Assembly (NCBI GenBank): GCA_039096225.1
Contig: JBBPEB010000006.1
Span: 186,001 to 250,000 of the forward strand
Direction of reading: 5' to 3'
DNA length: 64,000 bases
From: Blastocystis sp. Blastoise
Lineage: Eukaryota; Protista; Bigyra: Opalinata
Below the pieces are notes generated by a model. That model had not been told where the DNA came from, made no database searches, and saw nothing but the letters and a program-made list of their open reading frames with translations. This document shows, one piece after another, positions 13,182-22,878 of the stretch. Within the stretch, counting starts at the first letter, position 1. Each line of letters starts with the position of its first letter. The position numbers and the translations under genes were made by a program.

Positions 13182-14282
13182 TTATTCAGTCCAACATTGA
13201 CTTAAGTTTTTACACCAGTTTTCAAGATTAGAAGAATCATTATTAACGTTAATAGGTATATCTTCATCATCAACAGGAACAGGAGTAATAGTAAGTTGAT
13301 TTTCTTTAGTTAAATTAGTTAAGAAATCAGTAGTAGTAATAGACATATAGTTATTAATATGAGTTTTAAGAGAGTGTCCAAGATCTAAAGCCAATTGATT
13401 CATTTCTTCAAAGTTATTACCATGAGTAGAGCAATAGAGTTTACGTAGACTATTAATAGTAATACCTCCAGGAACAACACGTCTCATAATATTTTTAACA
13501 AATTCAGAAAAGCGTTTAGGAGAATAACATTCATTCTTACCAGGTTTATGAAATAAATAACGACTATTAGAATTCAAAGTAAGTATTTCATTCAAATCTG
13601 AATTAAATTCAGAACAACACTTAAGTATACGTTCACCATAAGTTTTTACTGTTTTATATTCAGTAACATGAATTTCATAAGAAGGATTTTCAATAGTACT
13701 ATCTAGAGTAGGAATGACATAAGAAGTAGATTCAGGTTTTTCAGGTTTTTCTTTATATATCATCAAGTTACCATAATCAGCACGAGCAGGAGGCATCAAG
13801 ACATATAGATCAATTAATAAACGTAGAGGATCAGCAACAGAACAAGTATCTCTTATCTTTTTAAAATTTTCTAAAGAGCAATTGTTATCTTTTAACATCT
13901 TTAAAGCAGCATCAGTCTTCGATTTAAGAACATCAGTATAAATACTATTGATAATAGAATACATGGCTTCCCAGCTTTTAATAACAATAATACGCTTCTT
14001 TAAGGTTTTATCTTCTTTACAGATAAACATAATAAGTTCGGCAATTGCTTTAATTGTATTAATAGAAGGTTTATACTTATTACGTATATAATCAATGAAG
14101 ATAGTAGGTGTACCAATCATTCGCATGAATACTTTCTCAGGCATAGGATTAATATATTGTTCAAAGTTACTCAATTGCTTATTTTTCCATTCATCAGTCC
14201 ACTTAGCTACATGGATAATCGTAAAGTAAATAGAATTATAATGTATATTCTTCATTTTCTTCATAGGAATAGTACAGTTCAT
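13182..14282 (-). CDS. Tyrosine recombinase (YR2), PLV/NCLDV type
   Basis: PPARADYG, EYKTVKTYG, YLF, INSLRKLY, LGHS...NNY. First ATG is at 14282. Confidence 0.9.
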   Translation of the reverse strand: MNCTIPMKKMKNIHYNSIYFTIIHVAKWTDEWKNKQLSNFEQYINPMPEKVFMRMIGTPTIFIDYIRNKYKPSINTIKAIAELIMFICKEDKTLKKRIIVIKSWEAMYSIINSIYTDVLKSKTDAALKMLKDNNCSLENFKKIRDTCSVADPLRLLIDLYVLMPPARADYGNLMIYKEKPEKPESTSYVIPTLDSTIENPSYEIHVTEYKTVKTYGERILKCCSEFNSDLNEILTLNSNSRYLFHKPGKNECYSPKRFSEFVKNIMRRVVPGGITINSLRKLYCSTHGNNFEEMNQLALDLGHSLKTHINNYMSITTTDFLTNLTKENQLTITPVPVDDEDIPINVNNDSSNLENWCKNLSQCWTE

Positions 14283-14331
14283 TTTCAAAAAATTCAAATT
14301 AAGGCGGCAGAATTTAATAAAATATTTGAAT

Positions 14332-16056
14332 TTACCAATTTATTTCTTTGAGAATCTGGTTTCTCTTTTTCTTACGTAGGGTTCGTCGACGTCGACGCAT
14401 ACCTGATGCAACATCGATGTTGCTTATGTCATTTTCTTTATTTACCCAATCACCGTCGTCTTTTGGTTTCTCGTATTCTCCTTTTGATTTACTTGGCGTC
14501 GTCATATAAGAGTAGAATTGACCTAAGTAGCTCTTATTATTCCACTCATCATTCTCTTTTTTTCGTTTTGTTTCTTCTTCATCTACTTTTTTATGGGCTT
14601 CAGCTCTTCTTGCTTTAAATGCGTCTCTACGTTTTTGATTAATTTCTTCAGTATGTTTAATTCTTTCAGCACGTTCAGCACGTTTTTGTTCAATTGCAGA
14701 TTTTTTATCTTCACTCAATTGGCTTAAAGTATCTTTATTAAATTGTTTTTTAGGTTTAGTTACTTTACGTCTATCTCCTCCAGTTTCCACAAGATCTAAT
14801 TTATTCTTTTGATCTGGTTTTTCTTCAGTATACTTATTACCTGTAACTTCTCCAACAGTTTTATTATATATTTTTTTACCAGCATTAGTAACTATATCTG
14901 ATAGGCTACCTTTAAGCCTTTGTATAGTACCTTGTTTAGCTTTTTCATATTCAATATCTTTTTGTTTTTGTTTTTGAGCTTTAATTTGACTTTTATTATA
15001 TTTATCAATTTTTTTATTTTCAGCTTTAGCCAATGCGTTAAAACCATCTTTTAGATTATCAACATTGTTCATACGTTTAGTTACATTTTGTTTACCTTCA
15101 TTTGTTTTTAATTCATCACTTTTTATATAAGACTTATGAATACGCTTTTTTGTTAATTTACTCATTTTATCAGTCATACCCTCATATTGAGTATTTTTTA
15201 AAGCTTTTAAATTATTTAACATAGTCTTTGGTGCTTCAGTAGAATCTCCAAAACGAGAATAATATTCCCTTTTAATTCCATTTTTTGTATGTATGATTTT
15301 CCCATTAATATTTTTAGAAACAGTATCTAATTTTTCTTTGATTTTTCCAGGAATATTTGTAGCATAATCAATACCATTTAATAATTTACTAGCACCTTTA
15401 ACTGCTTTAGTACCAAGGTTATAAACAGATTTTCCAGTATTATATGTTTTTGATAATAAATTTTTGGCGGTATCCCACCAACCGCTTCCTTCGGGATCTA
15501 GTATACCACAACCACTTTTATCTATTTTAATATATTTATTAAAATTTTCAGATGTTAATAAAGAATCATATTTATTTTCTGAATCAGGATTATTTCGTCT
15601 GAATCTAGGGTAATCAACGTTAATATATCTTTGTAGACGTTTTACGATATGCCTGGGGATTCTGCCATCTGGCAGTAGTCCTCCTCCAGATCCTTTTAGA
15701 GACTCATCAGATTCATCATCATCAGATTCATTATCTTCAGAATCACCTTCTTCAGAATCATTAGATTCATATTCTTCAGAATCATTATTTGGTGATGTTT
15801 CAATAGGAATATTAGAAATAGAAGCTTTATTATTTTCAGGGGTATTACCCATAAGATAACTACGTGTATGCATTTCATTTTCATCTTCCCATACTTTTTC
15901 AATACTATTAGGAATTATATTATAGTTAATAGGTTGTGTAACAAGAATAGTAGGAACTTTATGTGGCCTAGTATATCCTAACCATAATTCTTTTGTTCCA
16001 AGTTTATTACAATGAAATGAACCTGGACACTGATTACCAATAGGTGCACTTTGCAT
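14332..16056 (-). CDS. Lys/Arg-rich 574-aa protein, putative virion core/DNA-binding precursor
   Basis: Highly basic, GSGGG/SGCG/GSG motifs, C-terminal RRRRRTLRKKKR; lies in the morphogenesis cluster. Function is inferred. Confidence 0.6.
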   Translation of the reverse strand: MQSAPIGNQCPGSFHCNKLGTKELWLGYTRPHKVPTILVTQPINYNIIPNSIEKVWEDENEMHTRSYLMGNTPENNKASISNIPIETSPNNDSEEYESNDSEEGDSEDNESDDDESDESLKGSGGGLLPDGRIPRHIVKRLQRYINVDYPRFRRNNPDSENKYDSLLTSENFNKYIKIDKSGCGILDPEGSGWWDTAKNLLSKTYNTGKSVYNLGTKAVKGASKLLNGIDYATNIPGKIKEKLDTVSKNINGKIIHTKNGIKREYYSRFGDSTEAPKTMLNNLKALKNTQYEGMTDKMSKLTKKRIHKSYIKSDELKTNEGKQNVTKRMNNVDNLKDGFNALAKAENKKIDKYNKSQIKAQKQKQKDIEYEKAKQGTIQRLKGSLSDIVTNAGKKIYNKTVGEVTGNKYTEEKPDQKNKLDLVETGGDRRKVTKPKKQFNKDTLSQLSEDKKSAIEQKRAERAERIKHTEEINQKRRDAFKARRAEAHKKVDEEETKRKKENDEWNNKSYLGQFYSYMTTPSKSKGEYEKPKDDGDWVNKENDISNIDVASGMRRRRRTLRKKKRNQILKEINW

Positions 16057-16129
16057 TTAATAAAAAATGTTATATAACAAAACAAATAATTAAAATATAT
16101 ATATATATAAACTTATATAAAATAAATTT

Positions 16130-17118
16130 TTATTTACGAAATGAATATGGATTATTCCATAACATGTTTTCTTCTTCTTTACCAAATTTATAGTCTTCAA
16201 AATATTTACTTAATTTTTCATATATAATATATTTAACATTTTCAGGGCTTTGTTTTAGATTGATAGAATTTAGTATATATTTAAAATTAGATATATATTC
16301 TCTTTTTTCATATAAAGCTTTATTTTGTTCTGGATCATATCGTATACGATTTGGTTGAGTATATAATAATTCACTTTTTTCAAAATAATTACGTAACTGT
16401 TTTCCATTAATTTCACCATCCGTAAATAAACATGAAGTTACCATATTAACAAAATTATTTACTCTTGTATCTAATACTGTTTGTATATCTGATTGTTGAT
16501 CATTATTATTTTGATTATTATCTTGTTTATCATCTTGTTTGTTATCTTTATTATCAGTATGACCATATTCATTTTCATATCTTAAACTTGGTAATTCATT
16601 ATTATTAAAAAAATCATTATTTTCTTCTTTTTTAACAGTAAAATAATTTAGTAAAGAATTAACATAACCACGATTAGGGGATGTATTTTTGTCATCAACT
16701 CGATTTTGGAATTTTAGATTTGGAGGGATTTTTTCTAGACTATATATCTATATTAAACTAAAATATATAAATACTCTTTGTTTAAAGACCAGTTTTGTTT
16801 AGATGTATAAAGTCCACTATTATTAGCATATATTTTAGCCATAGCTGTAACTCGTTCTTCATCACCTTCTTTTCTAGCTGCATTCATTTGACTAATAAAT
16901 ATATCTTTATCAGTCATTTTTTCTTTTAAATATTTTTCCATATTCATAATTTGACTCATAGAATTTTGTGCATTAGGATCATGAGCAATACGCATTACTG
17001 GTTGTTCATCTTCACATATATAACTATTTGGTAACCATGGATCCCAAGATTGTTGCTTAAAATTACGATTTAAAATATCTTGTAAAGTAATATGTCTATA
17101 TCTACTATTTTGATCCAT
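16130..17118 (-). CDS. Hypothetical 317-aa protein, two exons (17118-16775, 16739-16130)
   Basis: The frame of ORF 16130-16444 is open for 101 codons upstream without an ATG. A 35-nt GTATTT...TATATAG intron (16774-16740) joins it in frame to ORF 16753-17118. Confidence 0.8.
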
Positions 17119-17177
17119 TATATAAAAATAACGAATAATAATTTAAAATAAAAATAAAATTAAAAATAAAATAATAT

Positions 17178-17873
17178 TTAATTATATTTATGTTTAATAA
17201 CTTTATTCTTTCTATTTTTTATTATTTTTTTATTATGTATACCATGACCATGTCGTCTATTATTATCTGGTAATTCATCTATAGGTTCTAATGGTGGCAT
17301 ATTAGTAAAATCGACATTATCAGGCAGGTCATTGTGATTTACTTCTAACAAATTAAAATCATCAAATAATATAGGTAGTTGTAGTCTATGATGATTATTT
17401 TCATCTGCATCATCTCTTGGACTCATATCCATAATAGCTAATGGATTACCTCTACGAACATTATGACGGTTTTCATTTCTTCCAAAAAATCCATCTTCAT
17501 CATTATTAAGTAGATTTCTTCTTTGATTAGCAACAAAATTATTTCTAAAATTTAAAGCTTGACGACCAAAATGAAATATAACAGGAACAGCTGCAGCACC
17601 AAATGCTGTTGCAATATAATAGTCTGGATTTTCTTTAGCATTTTCATAATAATCTTTAACAGTATCATATTTCTTTTGAATCCAATTTCTTTTTTTTTCT
17701 TGTTTACTAGCTAATTCTTTAATATTAATATCTTTATTAAGTGATTCAAAATTTTTAATAGCTCCACCTTCATTATCAAACATATATCCATCAGATGGTT
17801 TAATTCTTATATTTCCACCATATTTAGATGGATCACAATTTTGACTTAAATAGTTATAAGCAATACTAGCCAT
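17178..17873 (-). CDS. 231-aa protein with one hydrophobic segment, putative virion protein
   Basis: Likely start MASIAY at 17873; hydrophobic YYIATAFGAAAVPVIFHFG; GG/GxG motifs and a basic tail. Confidence 0.65.
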   Translation of the reverse strand: MASIAYNYLSQNCDPSKYGGNIRIKPSDGYMFDNEGGAIKNFESLNKDINIKELASKQEKKRNWIQKKYDTVKDYYENAKENPDYYIATAFGAAAVPVIFHFGRQALNFRNNFVANQRRNLLNNDEDGFFGRNENRHNVRRGNPLAIMDMSPRDDADENNHHRLQLPILFDDFNLLEVNHNDLPDNVDFTNMPPLEPIDELPDNNRRHGHGIHNKKIIKNRKNKVIKHKYN

Positions 17874-17891
17874 TTTCTTTTTATTTAATAA

Positions 17892-17926
<35 letters not shown>

Positions 17927-17928
17927 AA

Positions 17929-18975
17929 TTAATTATATTGATATGGAGCACCATGATATCTACGTTTCATAGGATATGGATTAAAATATTTTAATCTTTG
18001 ATCTTGTAGTATTTGTTCATGTAATATTTGCAGAATATCATCTTTAGGTTTATCTTTATCAGGTATTTCTGTACCACGTAGTTGTATATCTTCTTCATTT
18101 GGTAATATTTTTTTTATTCTTTTTGAAAGATAATCATTATTTACATTATTATTTTTCTTATTATCAGAATTAATATTACCACCATTTCCTTCTTCACGTT
18201 TTTCATTTGCTTCATCCATATCAGTCCATTTACGTTTTTTCATCATTTTATAAGCATTTTGTTTTGTACCAACATCAGGATTAGTCCAAGGTATTAAATC
18301 ATCACAACCTTGTTTTAACATAAAAAATTGATGTTTATCTTCTATTAATTCCATATCAGATAATATTTCTTCTAAATTAGGTGGATCTAACTGTAATTTT
18401 TTTAATAATAAACCAGGATCACGTTTTAAAACTTGACTATTAATAAAAAAATGACTTACTTGACTTAATACACTTTGATTTGTAATATCTTTATGGCTTT
18501 GTAAACATATAATAGCATTTTGTTTATAATGTCTACCTTTAGATAATAATGATATCAATAATAGTTTTGTTTCTTTTGATAATGGATATATATCATCAAA
18601 AATAATAAAATTATGTTCTGGTAATTTATATGTAGTTACAAGATCATCAATACTTTTTATTTTTTTAAATTTATCATCAATACTATCATACCATTGATAT
18701 TTTATTTCAGCATGTTCTAATAAATCTTGTAATGATGTATAACATTCATTCATAGAACTAGCTTTAGGACAAAATAAACTTACTTGACGAAATTTATTAT
18801 TTAAATCCATAGAAGCAAGTAAATTAACTGTTAACCATGATTTACCACTAAATGTTCTAGCAATAATTAATATAAATTTTGATTCATAAGTTTTATGATG
18901 TGTTTTACCATATTTAAATGCTAATACACCACAACCACTTTTATCATTTTCTAATAAATTCTTTTTATTAACCAT
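17929..18975 (-). CDS. A32-like (FtsK/HerA) DNA packaging ATPase
   Basis: Walker A variant ARTFSGKS, Walker B FIIFDD, and the KGRHY...IICLQ signature. Confidence 0.92.
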   Translation of the reverse strand: MVNKKNLLENDKSGCGVLAFKYGKTHHKTYESKFILIIARTFSGKSWLTVNLLASMDLNNKFRQVSLFCPKASSMNECYTSLQDLLEHAEIKYQWYDSIDDKFKKIKSIDDLVTTYKLPEHNFIIFDDIYPLSKETKLLLISLLSKGRHYKQNAIICLQSHKDITNQSVLSQVSHFFINSQVLKRDPGLLLKKLQLDPPNLEEILSDMELIEDKHQFFMLKQGCDDLIPWTNPDVGTKQNAYKMMKKRKWTDMDEANEKREEGNGGNINSDNKKNNNVNNDYLSKRIKKILPNEEDIQLRGTEIPDKDKPKDDILQILHEQILQDQRLKYFNPYPMKRRYHGAPYQYN

Positions 18976-19099
18976 TATGTTTTTTTTTAAATAATAAAAT
19001 ATATATATATTTATAAAAGAAATAACAAAACAAAAATTATATTAGTATTATATATTAATGATAAATTATTGATAATATAAAGATATAAATATTATTATT

Positions 19100-19753
19100 T
19101 TAAGAACATGTAAAGAATATTTGTATATTATTATGTGATATATTAACAGGATTATCATTTTGATCACGTACTTCCCATTGTATATCATTATAAAATCCAT
19201 CTATTAAGGGTATAGATATATTACTTAATGACCAATGATTATCATATCCATCTTGAGTATATATTGGAATACTTATTAAATCATTATCTTTATTAATAAT
19301 ACTACTATATATTCTTAATAAATATATTTTACGTATAGTAGAACTAAGTACATAATTATCAGTTAAAAAAACAAAATTATTCATATTAGTAGAACTACCA
19401 GTTGCATCATGAGGTAAATTTAATATTTTAAAAAAATATTCATTTGTAGCTGTTGACCTTAAGAATGTATGACCTATTAAACTTAAACAATTTAAAGAAG
19501 AACTATATTCAAATTCAGGTATAATAGTACATAATTTATTTATGAAATCCATTAAATCATAATTACCACCAGGAAATTGATATGTTTTATTTTGTATATC
19601 AGTTAAAATAAAATCTTTTACATTTTCTAAAGCTATACCATTAACTACAGTAGTTATATGAGATATATTTTTTCCAACTAAATTTAATGAAGGTTCTATA
19701 TGTTCTGTATAGAATGGTCCTTCAATAAAACTACAATGAGATATTGAATTCAT
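19100..19753 (-). CDS. Minor capsid (penton-like) protein
   Basis: FPGGNY, LRIYSSII and IQWEVRDQNDNPVNI resemble Polinton-type penton motifs; lies between the ATPase and MCP. Confidence 0.72.
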   Translation of the reverse strand: MNSISHCSFIEGPFYTEHIEPSLNLVGKNISHITTVVNGIALENVKDFILTDIQNKTYQFPGGNYDLMDFINKLCTIIPEFEYSSSLNCLSLIGHTFLRSTATNEYFFKILNLPHDATGSSTNMNNFVFLTDNYVLSSTIRKIYLLRIYSSIINKDNDLISIPIYTQDGYDNHWSLSNISIPLIDGFYNDIQWEVRDQNDNPVNISHNNIQIFFTCS

Positions 19754-19803
19754 AATTTTTTAAAAATAAAAATATAATAAAATATTAATTTAATAATATT
19801 ATT

Positions 19804-21105
19804 TTAATTCATAGAACCATCTCTAACAAATTTCACAAAAATAAAATTAATAAATATATTTTGTGTTTTAGAAGCACCATTAGTTAACTGATATTTATTA
19901 ATACCAGAAGGAGATGTTTGTATATAATAATTAATTTCACAACCAGATTCTGTATTAACATCAACAACAGAAGCAATAGGAAATAAATATATAGGTTGAT
20001 TATACCATTCATTACCATCTAATACACACATAGGATTTGATTGTGATCTCCATACATTATATAACATACTATTAGGAATAATTTCTAAAGTATATGTATC
20101 AGGTATAAACCTAGTAGCTGTAGGAAATTGTGTTTGTGTAAACATATTCTTTCCACCAATTTGAAAATTAATAGTTGTTGGACAATGAGTATTAACAGGA
20201 ATCATACTATCTTCTGAATCTGTAATATACATTAAACAATAATCAGGAACAAATGTAATACTTCTATTTTTACTGGTTACTAAATCTCCTGTAAAAGATA
20301 ATGATGCAGTATTACCAGTTGAATTTGTTATTGTTTGAGTACCAATTTGTTCAGTAAAAAAACAAATTTCACAATTATTAGGTATACATTTTATTAAATT
20401 TTTTGGATCATTACCCCAGTTAATATCATACATATGTCTAAAATTAATAAATGCTTTTTGAATAACAAATGCTGAAATACCATCTAAATTTGTAGCTATT
20501 TTCTTAATATGATTTAAAACAAATTGAAATGACATTGATTTTATTTTAATAGCACAATCAAATGTAGCTAAACCAGTAATAAGCATTAAAGGAATATATA
20601 TTTTATAAGTTGTAAATGCATCTTTTGAAGTTGTAGCATTTTGTCTCATAGCTTCTATAAGATGTAATTCATCTTTTTTTGCATATAATTTTTCACATGG
20701 AGTATACATAGATTTATCTAATTCAAATTTACTTAATTCTTTAAGTGCTACAAATTTTCTAGCTTTACTACTATTTAATGATGGTTCAGCAAAGTTTATA
20801 GCTACATCTTTTCCAACTGGACTAATATAAGTCATATTAATATTAACTTTATCAACTATAGAATATATATTAGAACTTTGTGTAACAGTAGTATTATTAG
20901 TAGCACTTTTTCTAACACCAAACCATAATTCTAAATAAGAATTACTAAAATCAATATAAGGATTATCAACAGTATTATAACGAAAATCTACATTACATGG
21001 AGCTTCTAATAAACTTTGATCAGTTGTTACAGATACAGTTATAAAATTTTCTGTAATAGTTTGATGATTTACTGCAGGTAAAAAATCTTGTGGAAATCCA
21101 TTCAT
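19804..21105 (-). CDS. Putative double jelly-roll major capsid protein (MCP1)
   Basis: 433 aa, beta-rich, YIDFSNSYLEL and IYIPL motifs of Polinton-like MCPs; gene context. Confidence 0.75.
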   Translation of the reverse strand: MNGFPQDFLPAVNHQTITENFITVSVTTDQSLLEAPCNVDFRYNTVDNPYIDFSNSYLELWFGVRKSATNNTTVTQSSNIYSIVDKVNINMTYISPVGKDVAINFAEPSLNSSKARKFVALKELSKFELDKSMYTPCEKLYAKKDELHLIEAMRQNATTSKDAFTTYKIYIPLMLITGLATFDCAIKIKSMSFQFVLNHIKKIATNLDGISAFVIQKAFINFRHMYDINWGNDPKNLIKCIPNNCEICFFTEQIGTQTITNSTGNTASLSFTGDLVTSKNRSITFVPDYCLMYITDSEDSMIPVNTHCPTTINFQIGGKNMFTQTQFPTATRFIPDTYTLEIIPNSMLYNVWRSQSNPMCVLDGNEWYNQPIYLFPIASVVDVNTESGCEINYYIQTSPSGINKYQLTNGASKTQNIFINFIFVKFVRDGSMN

Positions 21106-21217
21106 TTTTTATTTAAATATTTTATTAAAAAATATATATATAATTAAATATATATTTATTAAATAAAAAAAAAAATAAATAAATAATAATAAAATAAATA
21201 TATTATAAAATATATTA

Positions 21218-22807
21218 TTAAATATCTCTTGAACTTCTAACTGCAACCATATGTATTGTATACATATGAGTTTCATTTATTTCTTCATTAACTTGTCTTT
21301 CATATCCAGCATGTTTAACAATCATATCAGATGATTTTCCTAATTCATCAAAATATGTAGAATCATCTTTAAAAATATATTTTACATTATGAGCATCAAG
21401 AACACAATCAAAATTTAATTCTACACCTTGTTTAGGAATAACATTCATTAAACTTTTACAAGGTATAATATATATAGGATGTTTCATCCAATGATCATAA
21501 TCTAAACTTGTTTCAGGATTTGAATTATCTGCCCATAATGAATATAATGATTTATTTGGACATTGATCATGATATAATTCATGAGTATCACCAACACAAC
21601 CATTTAATAATAAATTACTATAATATTTTTGAGTAGGAAATTCAGTTTGTGGAAACATTTGTACATTACCTACTAAACAACTTAAATATGTTGGCCATAT
21701 ATATGGTGTAGGAATATTACTAACTCTATTAATATCCCATCCTTCAGTAAAATAAAATAATACATATTCTGGTATAAATGGTAATGCTCTATTAATATTA
21801 AATGTATTTCTTTTAATAGGATCATATCTATAATCTAGTTGTATATAGGTAGGTATTGTTTTATATAATTCATCATGATTAAATGTTACATCTTCATAAG
21901 TCATTAAATATAAATTTGCACCTTTTAAAATAAATTTATCTATCCAACTTATATTTAAAGTATTCCATATAGTTTGTTCATTTACTTTATCATATATTTG
22001 ACCTGATGTTTTTGAAGGTATAAATTTTTTTGTATATATAATATCATCATTTTTAAGCATTGATTTAATAGGAGCTGTACGAAATAATATTTTCATATGT
22101 TTTACTAAACTTAAACAATCACCATCAACACCTAAACCAGTTATAAGATATAATGGTATAGCTATTTTTAAAGATTCATTATTATGTCTTACTAAATAAC
22201 GAAATGATGTTAATTCATTTTGTGGACAATATAAAGATTCACCATACATAGATTTTTCTAATTCATATTTTGGAATATCTTTTAATAAAATCATTTTTCT
22301 AGCTCTAGATGAAAATAATGAAGATTCATGATATTTTATAGCACGTTCACTACCATCAGGTAAACCATAAACCATTTCTATATCAGCACTATCAATAAGT
22401 GAATATATATTAACTAACTGTTTTAACTGATCTAATAAATATTTTAATAATTCTTGTTTTGTAAAAAATAATAAATTATTAAATGTATATGTAACACCTA
22501 GACTATCATTCCATACACCATTACCAGGAGTTACTTCCCATAATTTTAACTGAGAAGATGCACCATTTTTATATATAGGAGTAATAAAATTTCCCCAATA
22601 ATTTTCATCTTCTTCAGTACTTGTTAAATGTTCTGGTATCGTATCCTCTTGATCATTTACTATAATAGATAATTCTAAATAACTTTGATTAAAATTAGTA
22701 AAACGACTATCAACATTAGTCCAATCATATTCAAATGCAAATGATTCATTAAGTAAATCAACATCTGATTGAATAGGAATAGTATTATTTATTCTTAATA
22801 ATTTCAT
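21218..22807 (-). CDS. Major capsid protein paralogue (MCP2) with insertions
   Basis: Collinear blocks shared with MCP1: SYLEL, NIYS(I/L), EL(D/E)KSMY, IPLxLITGL, MFxQTxFPT, PIY. Confidence 0.72.
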   Translation of the reverse strand: MKLLRINNTIPIQSDVDLLNESFAFEYDWTNVDSRFTNFNQSYLELSIIVNDQEDTIPEHLTSTEEDENYWGNFITPIYKNGASSQLKLWEVTPGNGVWNDSLGVTYTFNNLLFFTKQELLKYLLDQLKQLVNIYSLIDSADIEMVYGLPDGSERAIKYHESSLFSSRARKMILLKDIPKYELEKSMYGESLYCPQNELTSFRYLVRHNNESLKIAIPLYLITGLGVDGDCLSLVKHMKILFRTAPIKSMLKNDDIIYTKKFIPSKTSGQIYDKVNEQTIWNTLNISWIDKFILKGANLYLMTYEDVTFNHDELYKTIPTYIQLDYRYDPIKRNTFNINRALPFIPEYVLFYFTEGWDINRVSNIPTPYIWPTYLSCLVGNVQMFPQTEFPTQKYYSNLLLNGCVGDTHELYHDQCPNKSLYSLWADNSNPETSLDYDHWMKHPIYIIPCKSLMNVIPKQGVELNFDCVLDAHNVKYIFKDDSTYFDELGKSSDMIVKHAGYERQVNEEINETHMYTIHMVAVRSSRDI

Positions 22808-22878
22808 TTTTTTTAAATATAATAAAAAAATAAATAATTATTTTTTATATTTTAAAATAATAATTTATATATATAAAT

